Assembly (NCBI GenBank): GCA_965203055.1
Contig: OZ241863.1
Span: forward strand, 4,416,001 to 4,480,000
DNA length: 64,000 bases
Direction: 5' to 3'
Source: Spirochaetia bacterium
Lineage (GTDB): Bacteria > Spirochaetota > Spirochaetia > SZUA-6 > Bin103
Numbering within the stretch: the stretch's first letter is position 1; every line of letters begins with the position of its first letter. The notes under the pieces were generated by a model, which saw nothing but the letters and a program-made list of their open reading frames with translations, did no database searches and was not told the DNA's origin. Positions 50,064 to 60,800 of the stretch are shown here, one piece after another. The translations under genes were made by a program, and so were the position numbers.

Positions 50064-51008
50064 TCAGCACTGCGCCACCACCCGCGGCCCCGCGCTATTG
50101 ATCTCCGACACGTACACCGCGGCGTCGAGCCCCGCCGCGGCGAATGCCTGCTGCATCGCCGCCCCCGCGGCCGCGGCCTGCGCCGCGCTCGCCGCCAGCG
50201 CGAATACCGCCGGCCCGGCGCCCGAAATGGAGCAGCCGATGGCGCCGCCGCCGAGCGCCGCCTCCTTCACCGTGCGGAAGCCGGGAATCAGCACCGCGCG
50301 CACCGGCTCCGCCACCACGTCGCACAGCGAGCGGCCCATCAGCGCCAGATCGCCGGTGTACAGCGATGCCACCAGCGCCGCCAGATTGCCCCACTGGGCG
50401 ACTGCGTCGGTCAACGGGATGCGCTTGCGCAGGATGCGCCGCGCCGCTTCGGTGGGAATCTCCACGTCGGGACTGAGCAGCGCTGCGGCGAGCCCGTCCG
50501 GTACCGGCAGCCGCACCACGTCCAGCGGGTCGCTGCTGCGGATCAGGACGAATCCGCCCAGCAGCGCGGGCGCGGCGTTGTCGGCATGCCCTGCGCCCGC
50601 CGCCACCCGTTCCGCCGCCAGGGCGCAGGGCAGCAGTTCCTCGGCCGCCAGCGGTTCGCCCGCCAACCGGTTCACCGCGCACAGGGCGGCCGCGGCGCTG
50701 GCCGCGGAGCTGCCCAGGCCGGAAGCCAGCGGCATCCCCTTGTGCAGCACCAGCTCGACCCCGAACGGCTGGCCGAGGCGCTCCAGCAAGGCTTGCGCCG
50801 CCACCACCGCGGTATTGGCGCTGCCACGCGGCAGGCGCCCGCCGTCGCCGGTAACGCCGCGCAGCGTCACGCCGCGGCCCGCGCTGCGGCGCGCCTCCAC
50901 GGTATCGCCCGGATGGGCCACGGCGAAGCCCAGCACGTCGAACCCGGAGGCCACGTTGGCGACCGTGGCGGGGGCGAACGCCCGCACCGCCCGCGGCAGC
51001 GGCTTCAT
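50064..51008 (-). CDS. thrB: Homoserine kinase
   Basis: APATVAN...GFDVLG, PLASGLGSSAAS, HADNAAP, SISGAGP. Confidence 0.96.
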   Translation of the reverse strand: MKPLPRAVRAFAPATVANVASGFDVLGFAVAHPGDTVEARRSAGRGVTLRGVTGDGGRLPRGSANTAVVAAQALLERLGQPFGVELVLHKGMPLASGLGSSAASAAAALCAVNRLAGEPLAAEELLPCALAAERVAAGAGHADNAAPALLGGFVLIRSSDPLDVVRLPVPDGLAAALLSPDVEIPTEAARRILRKRIPLTDAVAQWGNLAALVASLYTGDLALMGRSLCDVVAEPVRAVLIPGFRTVKEAALGGGAIGCSISGAGPAVFALAASAAQAAAAGAAMQQAFAAAGLDAAVYVSEINSAGPRVVAQC

Positions 51009-52390
51009 GGATCGAGAAACGCCGCATGGATCACCTGCAGCGCGCGGCGTTCGTCGCCGGCCTCCAGCACTAGCGAGATGTTGCGTTCCGAGGAGCCCTG
51101 GGCGATGGCCAGCACATTGATGTGATGGGCGCCGAGCGCGGCGAACAACTTCCCGGCGATGCCCGGGGTGCCGCGCATGTTTTCGCCGATGATGGCCACG
51201 ATGGCAAGGTTCCGGCGCAGGTCGAAGGTGTCGATGCGCCTCGTTTCCAGCTCCAGCGCCAGCTCCGAGCGCAGCGCGGCCAGGGCGGTATCGGCCTCCG
51301 CAGCGTCCAGCACCAGGCAGATGCTGTGTTCCGAAGACGCCTGGGAAATCATCATCACGTTGACCGCGGCCCGCGCCAGGGCCCCCAGCACGCGCGCCGC
51401 GGTGCCGCGGGCGCCCAGCATGCCGCCGCCCTCCACGTTGATCAGGGCGATGGAGTCGACCGACGCAATGCCGGTAATGGCCCGTTCCGAGCCGCTCGGC
51501 TGATCGGTCACGCGGGTGCCGGGCCGGCGCGGGCGCAAGGTGTTCCTGATGTGGATCGGAATGGCGCGCTCCACCACCGGCACCATGGTGTAGGGATGGA
51601 TCACGCGCGCGCCGAAGTAGGACATCTCCATCGCTTCCTGGTAGCTGAGCTGGCTGATCACGAACGCCGCCGGAACGTAGCGCGGGTCGGCGCTCATGAC
51701 GCCGTCGACGTCGGTCCAGATCTCCAGTTCGTCGGCGTGCAGCGCGGCGGCGATGAGCGACGCGGTGTAGTCGGACCCGTCCCGTCCCAGGGTAGTGGTC
51801 ACCCCTTCCGCGGTGGCGCCGATGAAGCCGGGGACCACGCAGGCGGTCCGCGCCAGCGGCTGCAGTGCCTCGCGGACCCGTCCGTAGGTGGCTTCGAACT
51901 GCACCGCGGCGTTGCCGTGGCGGGAGTCGGTGAGGATCAACTCGCGCGCATCCACCAGGCGCGTCTCCATGCCCCGGTCGGCCAGCAGCCGGCTGGCAAT
52001 GGCCGTCATCAACCGCTCGCCGAAGCTCATCACCAGATCCAGGGTGCGCGGCGAACACTCCCGCAGCAGGCTCACGCCGTGCAGTACCTCGTCCAGCTCC
52101 GCCAACAGGAGCTGCAGCGTGGTCAGGATCGTTGCCTGGGCGCGCGGCGGACACAGGTCGCGGACCACCCCCACGTGCCGGGCGCGGATCGCTTCCACCG
52201 CCGCGCGCGGGTCGCTGCCGCCGGCCGCGGCCTGCGCCGCGTCGATCAGCACGTCGGTGGTGCCTCCCATGGCGGAGAACACCGCCACGCCGCCAGCCGC
52301 CAGCCGCTCCTGCGCAACGTGCATGGCCTGCTGCAGGCGCTCGCTGTCGGCCAGCGAACTGCCGCCGAATTTCACTACCCTGCCGCTCAC
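51005..52390 (-). CDS. Aspartate kinase (ThrA-type kinase + two ACT domains, no fused homoserine dehydrogenase)
   Basis: VKFGGSS, TTLGRDGSDY, WTDVDGV.SADP, ISQASSEHSI, AIAQGSSERNIS. Confidence 0.92.
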   Translation of the reverse strand: MSGRVVKFGGSSLADSERLQQAMHVAQERLAAGGVAVFSAMGGTTDVLIDAAQAAAGGSDPRAAVEAIRARHVGVVRDLCPPRAQATILTTLQLLLAELDEVLHGVSLLRECSPRTLDLVMSFGERLMTAIASRLLADRGMETRLVDARELILTDSRHGNAAVQFEATYGRVREALQPLARTACVVPGFIGATAEGVTTTLGRDGSDYTASLIAAALHADELEIWTDVDGVMSADPRYVPAAFVISQLSYQEAMEMSYFGARVIHPYTMVPVVERAIPIHIRNTLRPRRPGTRVTDQPSGSERAITGIASVDSIALINVEGGGMLGARGTAARVLGALARAAVNVMMISQASSEHSICLVLDAAEADTALAALRSELALELETRRIDTFDLRRNLAIVAIIGENMRGTPGIAGKLFAALGAHHINVLAIAQGSSERNISLVLEAGDERRALQVIHAAFLDP

Positions 52391-52447
52391 CGCGTCCCTT
52401 CGCCCGCGTACCGTACCCAATGCCGCCGTGAGGAGTCTTGCCGGCGG

Positions 52448-53497
52448 CTAATCGTGGTAGTAACGCCGATACCAGGCGACGAAGTGCTTCACGCCCTCGC
52501 GCAGCGGTGTCTCCGGCATGAAGCCGATCTCCTCGCGCAACGCCGTGCAATCGGCCCAGGTCTGCTTTACGTCACCCGGTTGCAGCGGAACTTTCTTCAC
52601 CTGGGCCTTCGTCCCCAGCTCTTCCTCCAGGGTGGTCACGAAATCGCCGAGGGATACCGGCGAGCCGTTGCCGACGTTGTATACCCGCGCCGGAGCGGGA
52701 GACACCGACGACTGGCGCCCGTCCCACGCGGCATCGCCCCGCGGCGGGCGCTCTCCCACGCGCAGCACCGCCTTGACCACGTCGTCCACGTAGGTGTAGT
52801 CGCGCCGCATGTCGCCGTAGTTGAACAGCTCGATCGGCGCGCCGCTCAGGATCGCTTTGGTGAAGCTGAACAGGGCCATGTCCGGCCGGCCCCAGGGGCC
52901 GTAGACGGTAAAGAAGCGCAGGCCGGTGGTGGGTATGGCGAACAGATGCGAGTAGCTGTGCGCCATCAGCTCGTTGGAACGTTTCGAGGCGGCGTACAGG
53001 CTGACCGGATGATCTGCGGCGCCGGCCTCGCCGAATGGTTGCAACCGGTCCAGACCGTAGACCGAGCTGGACGAAGCGTATACCAGATGGCCGACGGGGT
53101 GCCGGCGGGCCGCTTCCAGAATGCTGAGAAAGCCATTGACGTTGCTCGCCAGGTACGCCCACGGATCCGACAGCGAGTGCCTGACTCCTGCCTGCGCGGC
53201 CAGGTGGTATACCAGTTCGAACTTCTCGTCGGAGAAGAGGGAAAGAACGCGCTCCGCGGCCCCCAGATCGAGCCGCAGAAACCGCAGGCTCGCCCCATTC
53301 GCCGGCCTCGTCCCGCCGGTCCGGCTGCCTGGTTCCTCGGCGGCGATGCCAAGCTCGCGCAGTCGGTCAAGCTTCAACCGTACGTCGTAATGACCTTTGA
53401 GATTGTCGATTCCCACCACGTCGTGTCCCTGCTCGACCAGCCGCCGGGCCACGTGGTACCCGATGAAGCCGGCCACGCCGGTGACGAGGATCTTCAT
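52448..53497 (-). CDS. NAD-dependent epimerase (UDP-glucuronate 4-epimerase-like)
   Basis: VTGVAGFIG, HLAAQAGVR, YASSSSVYG, YAASK, RFFTVYGPWGRPDMA. Confidence 0.92.
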   Translation of the reverse strand: MKILVTGVAGFIGYHVARRLVEQGHDVVGIDNLKGHYDVRLKLDRLRELGIAAEEPGSRTGGTRPANGASLRFLRLDLGAAERVLSLFSDEKFELVYHLAAQAGVRHSLSDPWAYLASNVNGFLSILEAARRHPVGHLVYASSSSVYGLDRLQPFGEAGAADHPVSLYAASKRSNELMAHSYSHLFAIPTTGLRFFTVYGPWGRPDMALFSFTKAILSGAPIELFNYGDMRRDYTYVDDVVKAVLRVGERPPRGDAAWDGRQSSVSPAPARVYNVGNGSPVSLGDFVTTLEEELGTKAQVKKVPLQPGDVKQTWADCTALREEIGFMPETPLREGVKHFVAWYRRYYHD

Positions 53498-53709
53498 GCC
53501 GGCAATATCGTCCTTACTACCGCCATGAAGCAAGCTTACCGGTCATGCGCGTTCAAGGGCCGCCGCGCCGGGAGGACGCCTGAAGGATGACGCGTACCGA
53601 ACCCGGCGGTCCGGAGGGCCACCGCGTGAGGATGGGCGCGCCGCGCTGATGGCCGCCAGACGGCGGCGCCCGTCGAGGCGGTCCCGGCGCGGCTCGTGGC
53701 GAAGGCAGC

Positions 53710-53737
53710 GCTACTCATAGTCTGTAGACTCAAAGGC
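53710..53737 (+). promoter_or_regulatory. C-box operator of an R-M controller protein
   Basis: GCTACTCATAGTC-TGTA-GACTCAAAGGC, matching the paired GACT-N3-AGTC C-box architecture of PvuII-type systems, ~30 bp upstream of the C gene. Confidence 0.8.
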
Positions 53738-53768
53738 GTCTTGCCAATTGTAGTGAGCTCGTTCTCAG

Positions 53769-54014
53769 ATGGGTGACAGAAAGCTCCGGCGGCCAAGTCG
53801 AGAATTGACACAGATACTTGCATCCAACATACGATCATTGAGAAGGCAAAAGAATCTGTCACAGGAAGAACTCGCTGACACCTGCAACCTGCATCGTACC
53901 TACGTCGGATCAGTGGAGCGAGGAGAGCGCAACGTTACGCTAAGTACCCTGGAAACCCTCGCCCAAGCGCTGAGCGTAACAGTACTCGATCTACTGACCA
54001 AGAAGAACGTTTAA
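53769..54014 (+). CDS. XRE HTH controller (C) protein of an R-M system
   Basis: NIRSLR..KNLSQEELA..CNLHRTYVGSVERGERNVTL; directly upstream of the endonuclease. Confidence 0.9.
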   Translation: MGDRKLRRPSRELTQILASNIRSLRRQKNLSQEELADTCNLHRTYVGSVERGERNVTLSTLETLAQALSVTVLDLLTKKNV

Positions 54015-54017
54015 GAT

Positions 54018-55064
54018 ATGGCATACCGAGATTCCGTACCACATCGTTACTATCACGCGATAAGAGACAGTAAGTTAACGATATATGATCCCATTGACGT
54101 GGGAGACCCGGGTCTTTGGATTCCCACCAACGAACTGGGACGGTTACTTGACCAGACGCTGGGAGGACTCTCCCTTACAGGACTTCCCCCAAGAACCCGA
54201 TCCAAGTACGTGAAAGAATGCATTTGCAAGGCGCTTGGCTATCCGATTCCGAAGAGTTTCCGTAAGACAAAGCCACGTTTTCCGTGTCAACGTTTTGACG
54301 TCTACGTTCAGAAATCAAGCAATCTTCAGATCTGGAATGAAGAGTTGGAGCTGACGCGGCGCTACGTGATCGTGTGTGTTGCAAAGAACGACGTAGTGAC
54401 AGCAGTCAAGGTTGTCACTGGATCGGATTTGATGCTTCTCGACACGACCGGAACTCGCACTCAGAAATACCAGGCACGGATGATTTCAGGAGCAGACCAA
54501 GTTGAACTTGCCGCCGGCGATACCGACGTCCTTCGAAAAGTAGTCCAACCTCGCGTCATCGCAGGCCCCGATTCCAGTCCCCTCGAGCGTCCTCGGAAGG
54601 GACAGATTATGCCAATCGACGAGATCTTCGATAGATTGCGGTCCATGGTCGGCTTGAGCTTTGACTACCTCGGGTCTGATCAAGAACGTAACCGCGGCGG
54701 TGCTCTGCATGCTCTCGTATGCCAGCGTCTCGGTTATGACGATTTTCAAGACGATGGTCAATTTCCCGATCTTCCTCATCAGCTACTAGAAATCAAGTTG
54801 CAGACGTCGCGTACCATCGATCTGGGATTGGTACTTCCGAGCAGCGCCGATGCCCTCGATATGCCGATGATCGACGATATACGGATCCGTATATGTGACG
54901 TCAGATATGCCCTATTCTTCGCGGTCAAGGAGAACGACAGAGTCGTTCTTACCCATCTGGTTATGACAACAGGAGAGCGGTTCTTTGATCGGTTTCCATT
55001 GTTCAAGGGCAATCTATTGAATACGAAGATGCAGATACTGCTACCGGTCGACTTCTTCGGGTAA
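54018..55064 (+). CDS. Type II restriction endonuclease (possibly XmnI-like)
   Basis: Follows the C gene; PD...E.K motif FPDLPHQLLEIKLQ; convergent with a methyltransferase; lower GC. Confidence 0.78.
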   Translation: MAYRDSVPHRYYHAIRDSKLTIYDPIDVGDPGLWIPTNELGRLLDQTLGGLSLTGLPPRTRSKYVKECICKALGYPIPKSFRKTKPRFPCQRFDVYVQKSSNLQIWNEELELTRRYVIVCVAKNDVVTAVKVVTGSDLMLLDTTGTRTQKYQARMISGADQVELAAGDTDVLRKVVQPRVIAGPDSSPLERPRKGQIMPIDEIFDRLRSMVGLSFDYLGSDQERNRGGALHALVCQRLGYDDFQDDGQFPDLPHQLLEIKLQTSRTIDLGLVLPSSADALDMPMIDDIRIRICDVRYALFFAVKENDRVVLTHLVMTTGERFFDRFPLFKGNLLNTKMQILLPVDFFG

Positions 55065-56798
55065 GCCGAACGAATTCCAGACCAGGGAGTTCAGTTCGTC
55101 GCGTAGCTTTTTCTCATCAGGCGACGGGATACTGTGATATAGCGACTTGGACTTGGAGATGATCTCCATTCCGGTAGTAGTAGTAGGATCCGGCAATGGA
55201 AAGTTTTCGACGTACTGCGTCATGAATCTGCGTCGGCCCGCGTATAGTTTGTTGTGAAAGCGGTAGTCGTAGAAGCGCGCAACGAAGGTGGAGTTGCCGA
55301 CGGCGGCGGCGAGCCACAAGAGGTCATATCTCGTCGGATCGTCGGCGGCCATCCAGTAACAGTCACCGTTCACGACCGAACCGTTGAGGTCGATCCAGAA
55401 CGTCGGGTCGTCGGTGATGTCGCGGAACACCAGCTTGGGTCTTTGCCACGCTTCCGGACTCTGAGGCACCCAGATTTCATACCATTGGCGGCCGGCCGCT
55501 TTGAGGTAATGGCGGTCTTGGAGGGTCGAGCGATGAGTCTCGAGGTAGGCGCGACTACGGGGATACCGTGTCAGATCGACAGCCTTGCGCCTTCCGTCGA
55601 CAGTCTTGTGAGGATACAATATCTGGTGAGCGGAAGCATGAGGCTTGAAGTGCCGGGCGGTGTGGTGAGTGATGAGAGGACGCAGGAGCTCGGGCCGTTG
55701 CGAGTCGGGGAATTCGTGCCAATCGCTGCGTATGAACACCCGGTCGGCGCATGTCTTGACCCCGACGCGGATCTTTCCGATTTCTCGAAATCTGGACCAA
55801 GTGTGCGCGGATACCGTTGCCAGCCATTCGTCAACGTCGGGTGTAGCAAGTCGCCAAACGCCGCCGGCCGCGCCGGCAGTGTCGAGCGTGCCGTGTCTGA
55901 CCTGAAACGATCGTCCATCCTCGGTACCGACGAGGCCCTCCAGAGCGACAGCGGTAAGGGGATCGGAGACCTGCCGAGTGGCAGGGCGTGATGTTTCATA
56001 GATGGACGTGAAGGGAGTATCGGTTATACCGTGAGTTTTCTTGCCTTGCAGAATCAAGACAGCAGGAAGGACGGCGGCGTCGAATAACTTGGTGTCGCCC
56101 AAGTCCCAGGCCCGATGGATATTCAGCCGCTCGAGAAGCGCTCGCCGCACCGTGGAGCCTGATCGAACAGTCATAAAGCGGTTGGAGATGATGAGGCCGG
56201 CGATTCCATTCGGATGCAACGCATGCGAAATGGCGATGATGAACGCATAGTAGAGATCGTGGCGCCCGGTCAAGCCAAACTGTCGAGCAAGGATACGGGC
56301 GTTTCGAGCTCCCATTATCTGAGTCCTGACGTACGGTGGATTAGCGATTATTACGTCGTATTGTGATGGACCTGGTTCACAAAACAGGTTGGTTTGGTTG
56401 TCGATGAGGAAGTTTTCGAGGACGAAAGAAAGGAAATCCGTGTGACGTAAATCAAGTGATATTCCGGGGAATATCCGTAGCCTGTCGTGCGCCAGTTCGA
56501 GAGCGCGCAGGTCGGTCTCGAATCCGCAGACTTCGACGTTGGAGATGGAGAGACGTTGCAGGTGTTGCAGCAAGCTCACCAGGAGTTCACCGTGGCCGAC
56601 GGCAGGATCGAGGAGCCGCAGCGGATTGCCGCCGGATCGTACGAGGCCGGTCCGGACGATCTGGCGGGCAACGAAATCGGCGAGCACGCTCGGAGTGTAA
56701 GTAACGCCGTCCGATTTTCCGCGGCCGACGTGATCGTAGCGGAGAGAACGGTTCACGTCAGTACCGACTTGCGGAGGGGTGGCCGGCTCGGCGTTCAT
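55041..56798 (-). CDS. Gamma-class N6-adenine DNA methyltransferase (Eco57I/TaqI-like, possibly M.XmnI-like)
   Basis: TYTP, LLDPAVGHG (motif I) before IIANPPY (motif IV), DLY..F; C-terminal TRD with KLVFRDI. Confidence 0.9.
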   Translation of the reverse strand: MNAEPATPPQVGTDVNRSLRYDHVGRGKSDGVTYTPSVLADFVARQIVRTGLVRSGGNPLRLLDPAVGHGELLVSLLQHLQRLSISNVEVCGFETDLRALELAHDRLRIFPGISLDLRHTDFLSFVLENFLIDNQTNLFCEPGPSQYDVIIANPPYVRTQIMGARNARILARQFGLTGRHDLYYAFIIAISHALHPNGIAGLIISNRFMTVRSGSTVRRALLERLNIHRAWDLGDTKLFDAAVLPAVLILQGKKTHGITDTPFTSIYETSRPATRQVSDPLTAVALEGLVGTEDGRSFQVRHGTLDTAGAAGGVWRLATPDVDEWLATVSAHTWSRFREIGKIRVGVKTCADRVFIRSDWHEFPDSQRPELLRPLITHHTARHFKPHASAHQILYPHKTVDGRRKAVDLTRYPRSRAYLETHRSTLQDRHYLKAAGRQWYEIWVPQSPEAWQRPKLVFRDITDDPTFWIDLNGSVVNGDCYWMAADDPTRYDLLWLAAAVGNSTFVARFYDYRFHNKLYAGRRRFMTQYVENFPLPDPTTTTGMEIISKSKSLYHSIPSPDEKKLRDELNSLVWNSFGLPEEVDR

Positions 56799-57673
56799 TG
56801 CGCGGCGCCTCTACCGCCGGCTTTGAGCTCGGCGAGTTCTTCCGTAAGCCAGTCGTGGAAGGCCTTGACTGCCGGCCGGCCGCGCAGATGCGAGGGTGTC
56901 AGCAGCCAATAGGAATCTTTGCTCGGCATGCTCTCGGCGATGGGGCGCACCAAGTGTCCCTCCTTCAGATCGCGATGGGCAAGCAGGGTGTCGGTGATGG
57001 CCACGCCGAGGCCGATGCGCGCGGCTTCGAAGATCAACGTCTGGCTGAACCGCGGGCCGGCGTCGGCGTCGATGCCATTGATGCCCACGGCCTTGAGGAA
57101 GGTGGACCAATCCACCCAACCCCAACCCTCCCGGAGCCATTCGTAGTGCAGGAGGGTAGCTTCGGCCAAGCTGAAGTTTTTCGCGACCTCCTCGTTGCAT
57201 ACGGGAAAGAACTCCACGTCGGTCAGCTTCTCGGCGTTCGGGCCGTCGAACCGCCCCCACTCGATGGTCAGCGCTGTGTCGGGCGACGTCTTCGCGGTGA
57301 CGATGTCGTGGACGACGACGTTGATGCCGGGCAGATTGCCCAGGCCCGGCATCAGCCACGCCACCGCGAAGATCGGCGGGACCCGGACGATGATGGTCTC
57401 GCGGTCCGAAGAGCGGCGCAGTGGTTCGACCGTCTCCTGGATCTGCGCGAACGCGGGATCCAGTCCCTTCCACAGGTGCTCGCCGGTGCTGGTGAGGCGC
57501 ACTCCGCGTCCTTCCCGGCTGAAGAGCGGTTGGCCGAAATCGCGTTCGAGCGCCCGTATCTGGCGGCTGACCGCGCTGGGAGTGACGAACAGCGCATGCG
57601 CCGCGGCCGTCACCGAGCCAAGCCGGGCGACCGTCACGAAGGCGTGCATGGCGTTGAGCGAGGGCAAGCCCAT
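56795..57673 (-). CDS. LysR family transcriptional regulator (GcvA-like)
   Basis: LPSLNA..AF..VAR.GS...AA..L.VTPSAVSRQIR.LE...G..LF.R. Confidence 0.92.
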   Translation of the reverse strand: MGLPSLNAMHAFVTVARLGSVTAAAHALFVTPSAVSRQIRALERDFGQPLFSREGRGVRLTSTGEHLWKGLDPAFAQIQETVEPLRRSSDRETIIVRVPPIFAVAWLMPGLGNLPGINVVVHDIVTAKTSPDTALTIEWGRFDGPNAEKLTDVEFFPVCNEEVAKNFSLAEATLLHYEWLREGWGWVDWSTFLKAVGINGIDADAGPRFSQTLIFEAARIGLGVAITDTLLAHRDLKEGHLVRPIAESMPSKDSYWLLTPSHLRGRPAVKAFHDWLTEELAELKAGGRGAAQ

Positions 57674-57851
57674 CAGCGTTCGATCCGTGAGTTTTTGGAA
57701 TACCGTGTCATCGTAGAAATCAGTTGACCGCCGTTTTGCAGTCCCTTACCTCAAAGGCACTGCTGGGCGAGATGGCGCTGGCGCGCGTCCCCTACCCGTA
57801 ACTTACCGCAGTAACAACGAAATAACCAAATAGACGCAAGACAAGTAGATC

Positions 57852-60800
57852 ATGGGGATGAAGCGGCAGTGCGTGAGCAGGATAACCGTTGGCGCGCTCC
57901 TTGCCAGAGGGGGCAGCGGCCGGGAGAGGGGTAACCTGACCCTGACCCTGGCGGCGCTGGCGCTGCTGCTGTCCGCCCTGCCGGCCGCGGGGCAGACCGG
58001 CGTGACCTCCGATCCGGTGGTGAGCGGCCTGCGCATCACCTCCAGCCCGGCTTCCGGCGGCGCCTACCGGGCCGGCGAGACGATCACCGCGGAGGTGACC
58101 TTCGACCAGACGCTGGCGGTCACCGGAACGCCGCGCCTCGCCATCGCCGTGGGGGCCGCCACGCGCCAGGCGTCGGGCAGCCACACGGCTGGCGAGAGCA
58201 GGATTTCGTTCAGCTACACCGCGGCGACCGACGACAAGGATACCGACGGCATCTCCATCGCCGCCGGCGCGCTGACGCTGAACGGCGCCACCATCCGCAA
58301 CGCCAAGGGGGAGGACGCGCGGCTCGGGCTCGGCGCCCACGCCGTCGCCGCGCAGCCCGGCCACAAGGTCTCCGCCCCGCCGCGGGTGACCGGGGTGCGT
58401 CTGCTCACGACCAACTTGCGGTGCTGCTGGGGCGTCCGGCCGGCCGGCTGGGAGGATCCCCGGCAGACCGACGAGAACCTGTACCCGCCGAGCCTGGTGC
58501 TGGCCGAGGTCACGTTCGACCAACCGGTGGCCGTCAGCGGCACGCCGCAGGTGGCGCTCACCATCGGCGCCAACACCCGCCAAGCGACCTGGAACGCGTT
58601 TCTCAGCCGGCTCGTCCACCCCACCGCGAATGCGCACGGCGCCGAGGACATCGACGTCATGGCGTTCTACTACGAGCTGCAGGCGTCGGACTTCGACGGC
58701 GACGGCATCGGCGCCGCCGCCGACGCGCTGGCGCTGAACGGCGGGACGATCCGCGACGCCGAGGGTGAAGACGCGGCGCTTGGCCTCGGCAGCCACGCCA
58801 TCGCCAATCAGGCGAGCCTGCGGGTGGCGGACACCGCGCCCTCCTTCGCCGCCGCGGAAGACCGGCGCTACCTCCTGAACCTGCGGGCCAACGACCGGCT
58901 GCCGGCGGCGACCGGCGACGGCGCGCTGACCTACGCGCTGACCGGGCCGGGCGCGGCCACGACGCTGTCCCTGCCCCGGGGCCTGTCGTGGAACGCCGCC
59001 GCGCGCACCATCTCCGGCACGCCGGCCGGCGCGGCCGCCGCGGCCCCCTACACGCTCACCGCCACCGACGTCGACGGCGACACCGGGACGCTGACCTTCG
59101 CCCTCTCGGTGGTGACGGATCCGGTGGTGAGCGGCGTGAGCGTCACCTCCAGCCCGGCCGCCGGCGACGCCTACGCCGCCGGCGAGACGATCACGGTCGA
59201 CGTGACCTTCGACCAGCCGGTGACGGTGACCGGCGCGCCGGAGCTGGCGCTCACCATCGGCAGCAAGCTCCGGCAGGCGACGGGAAGCCCTGCTGCCAAC
59301 CGGCGCACGGTTTCGTTCAGCTACCCGGTGGCGACCGGCGACCGCGATACGGACGGCATCTCCATCACCGGCAGCGCGCTGACGATCGCCGGCGCGACCA
59401 TCCGCAACGCCAAGGGCGAGAACGCGCGCCTCGGGCTGGGCGGCCACGCCGTCGCCGGCGCCGCCGGCCACAAGGTCTCGACGCCGCCCCGCGTCGCGCA
59501 GGTGAACCTCCACACGACCGACATGAAGTGCTGCTGGAGCCGGCATGACCCCGGCTGGGCGGACCCGCGGCAGACGGAGCGCAACCGCTTCGCCCCCGCC
59601 GTGGTGTGGGCGGCGGTGACGTTCGACCAGGCGCTGGTGTTCGCCGGCACCGGCCGGCCGAGCCTGGCGCTCACCATCGGCGGCGCGACCCGGCAGGCGG
59701 CCTTCGACCGCTACCTGAGCCGCCAGACCGCGCGGATGCTGGGCAAGAGCAACAGCCAGGTGCTCGCATTCTTCTACACCCTGCAGCCGTCGGACTTCGA
59801 CGGGGACGGCATCGGCGTGGCGGCCGGCGCGCTGACGCTGCCGGCGGGCACGACCTTGCGCGACGCGCAGGGCGAGGCGGCCGTGCTCGGCCTTGGCACC
59901 CACGCCATCGCCAACGACCCGAACTATCGGGTGGCGGACACCTCGCCCTCCTTCGGCTCGGCGGCGGTCCAGCCGCAGCACTGGGTGGCCGGGGCCGTGT
60001 CGTCGCTCACCCTGCCGGCGGCGGCCGGGGACGGCGCCGTCTCCCATGCGCTCACCCCGGCGCAACGGCCGTCCTGGTTGAAGTTCGATGCCGCGACCCG
60101 CGTGCTGTCCGGCACGCCCCCGGCGGCCGCGGCGGCCGCGGCGCGCACCGGCTACACCTGGACCGCGACCGACGTCGACGGCGACTCGACGGCGTTGACC
60201 TTCACCCTCACCGTGGCCGCGGCCAACGCGCCGAAGGTCGCGGAGGTCAAGCTCCTCTCCAGCCCGGCGGCGCATGCCATGTACGCGCCGGGCAGCGCGA
60301 TCGAGGTGGGGGTCAAGTTCGACAAGTCGGTGAGCGTGAGGGGTACGCCGACCCTGGCGTTGGACGTCGGCGGCGCGGCGCGGCAGGCAAACTACACCGC
60401 GCTGCGGAACGGCTACCTGGTGTTCTCCTACACCGTGCGGCAGGCGGACTACGACACCGACGGCGTGAGCATCGGCGCGGGCGCGCTGGCGGCGCCCGCC
60501 CGCGGCGGCATCTTCGACAAGGCCAACGCCGCGGTGGCGGCGCTGGGTCTCGGCTCCCACACCATCGCCAACGCCAGCGGCCACAAGGTGGGCAGTCCGC
60601 CGCGGGTCACCGGCGTGAGCATCCATTCCACGCCGCCGCAGGCGGGCACCTATACCAGGGGCGCGACGGTCACGGTCCAGGTCGACTTCGACCAGACGGT
60701 GACGGTGACGGGAACGCCGCAACTGGCATTGACGATCGGCGGCGCGACCCGGCAGGCGAGCGCCATGGCGGAGAGCGGCGCGGGCGTGAGCCGCTCCCGG

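Noticed and set aside
50064..52550. 828-aa fusion ORF ending in homoserine kinase (similarly extended sufB, sufC, sufU and sulfatase ORFs)
   Set aside because: N-terminal extensions are off-frame overlaps of upstream genes; real starts are at ATGA/TGATG overlaps
57720..57850. Riboswitch or ncRNA in the lysR-adhesin intergenic region
   Set aside because: AT-rich with TAAC repeats but no recognisable RNA family or strong promoter consensus
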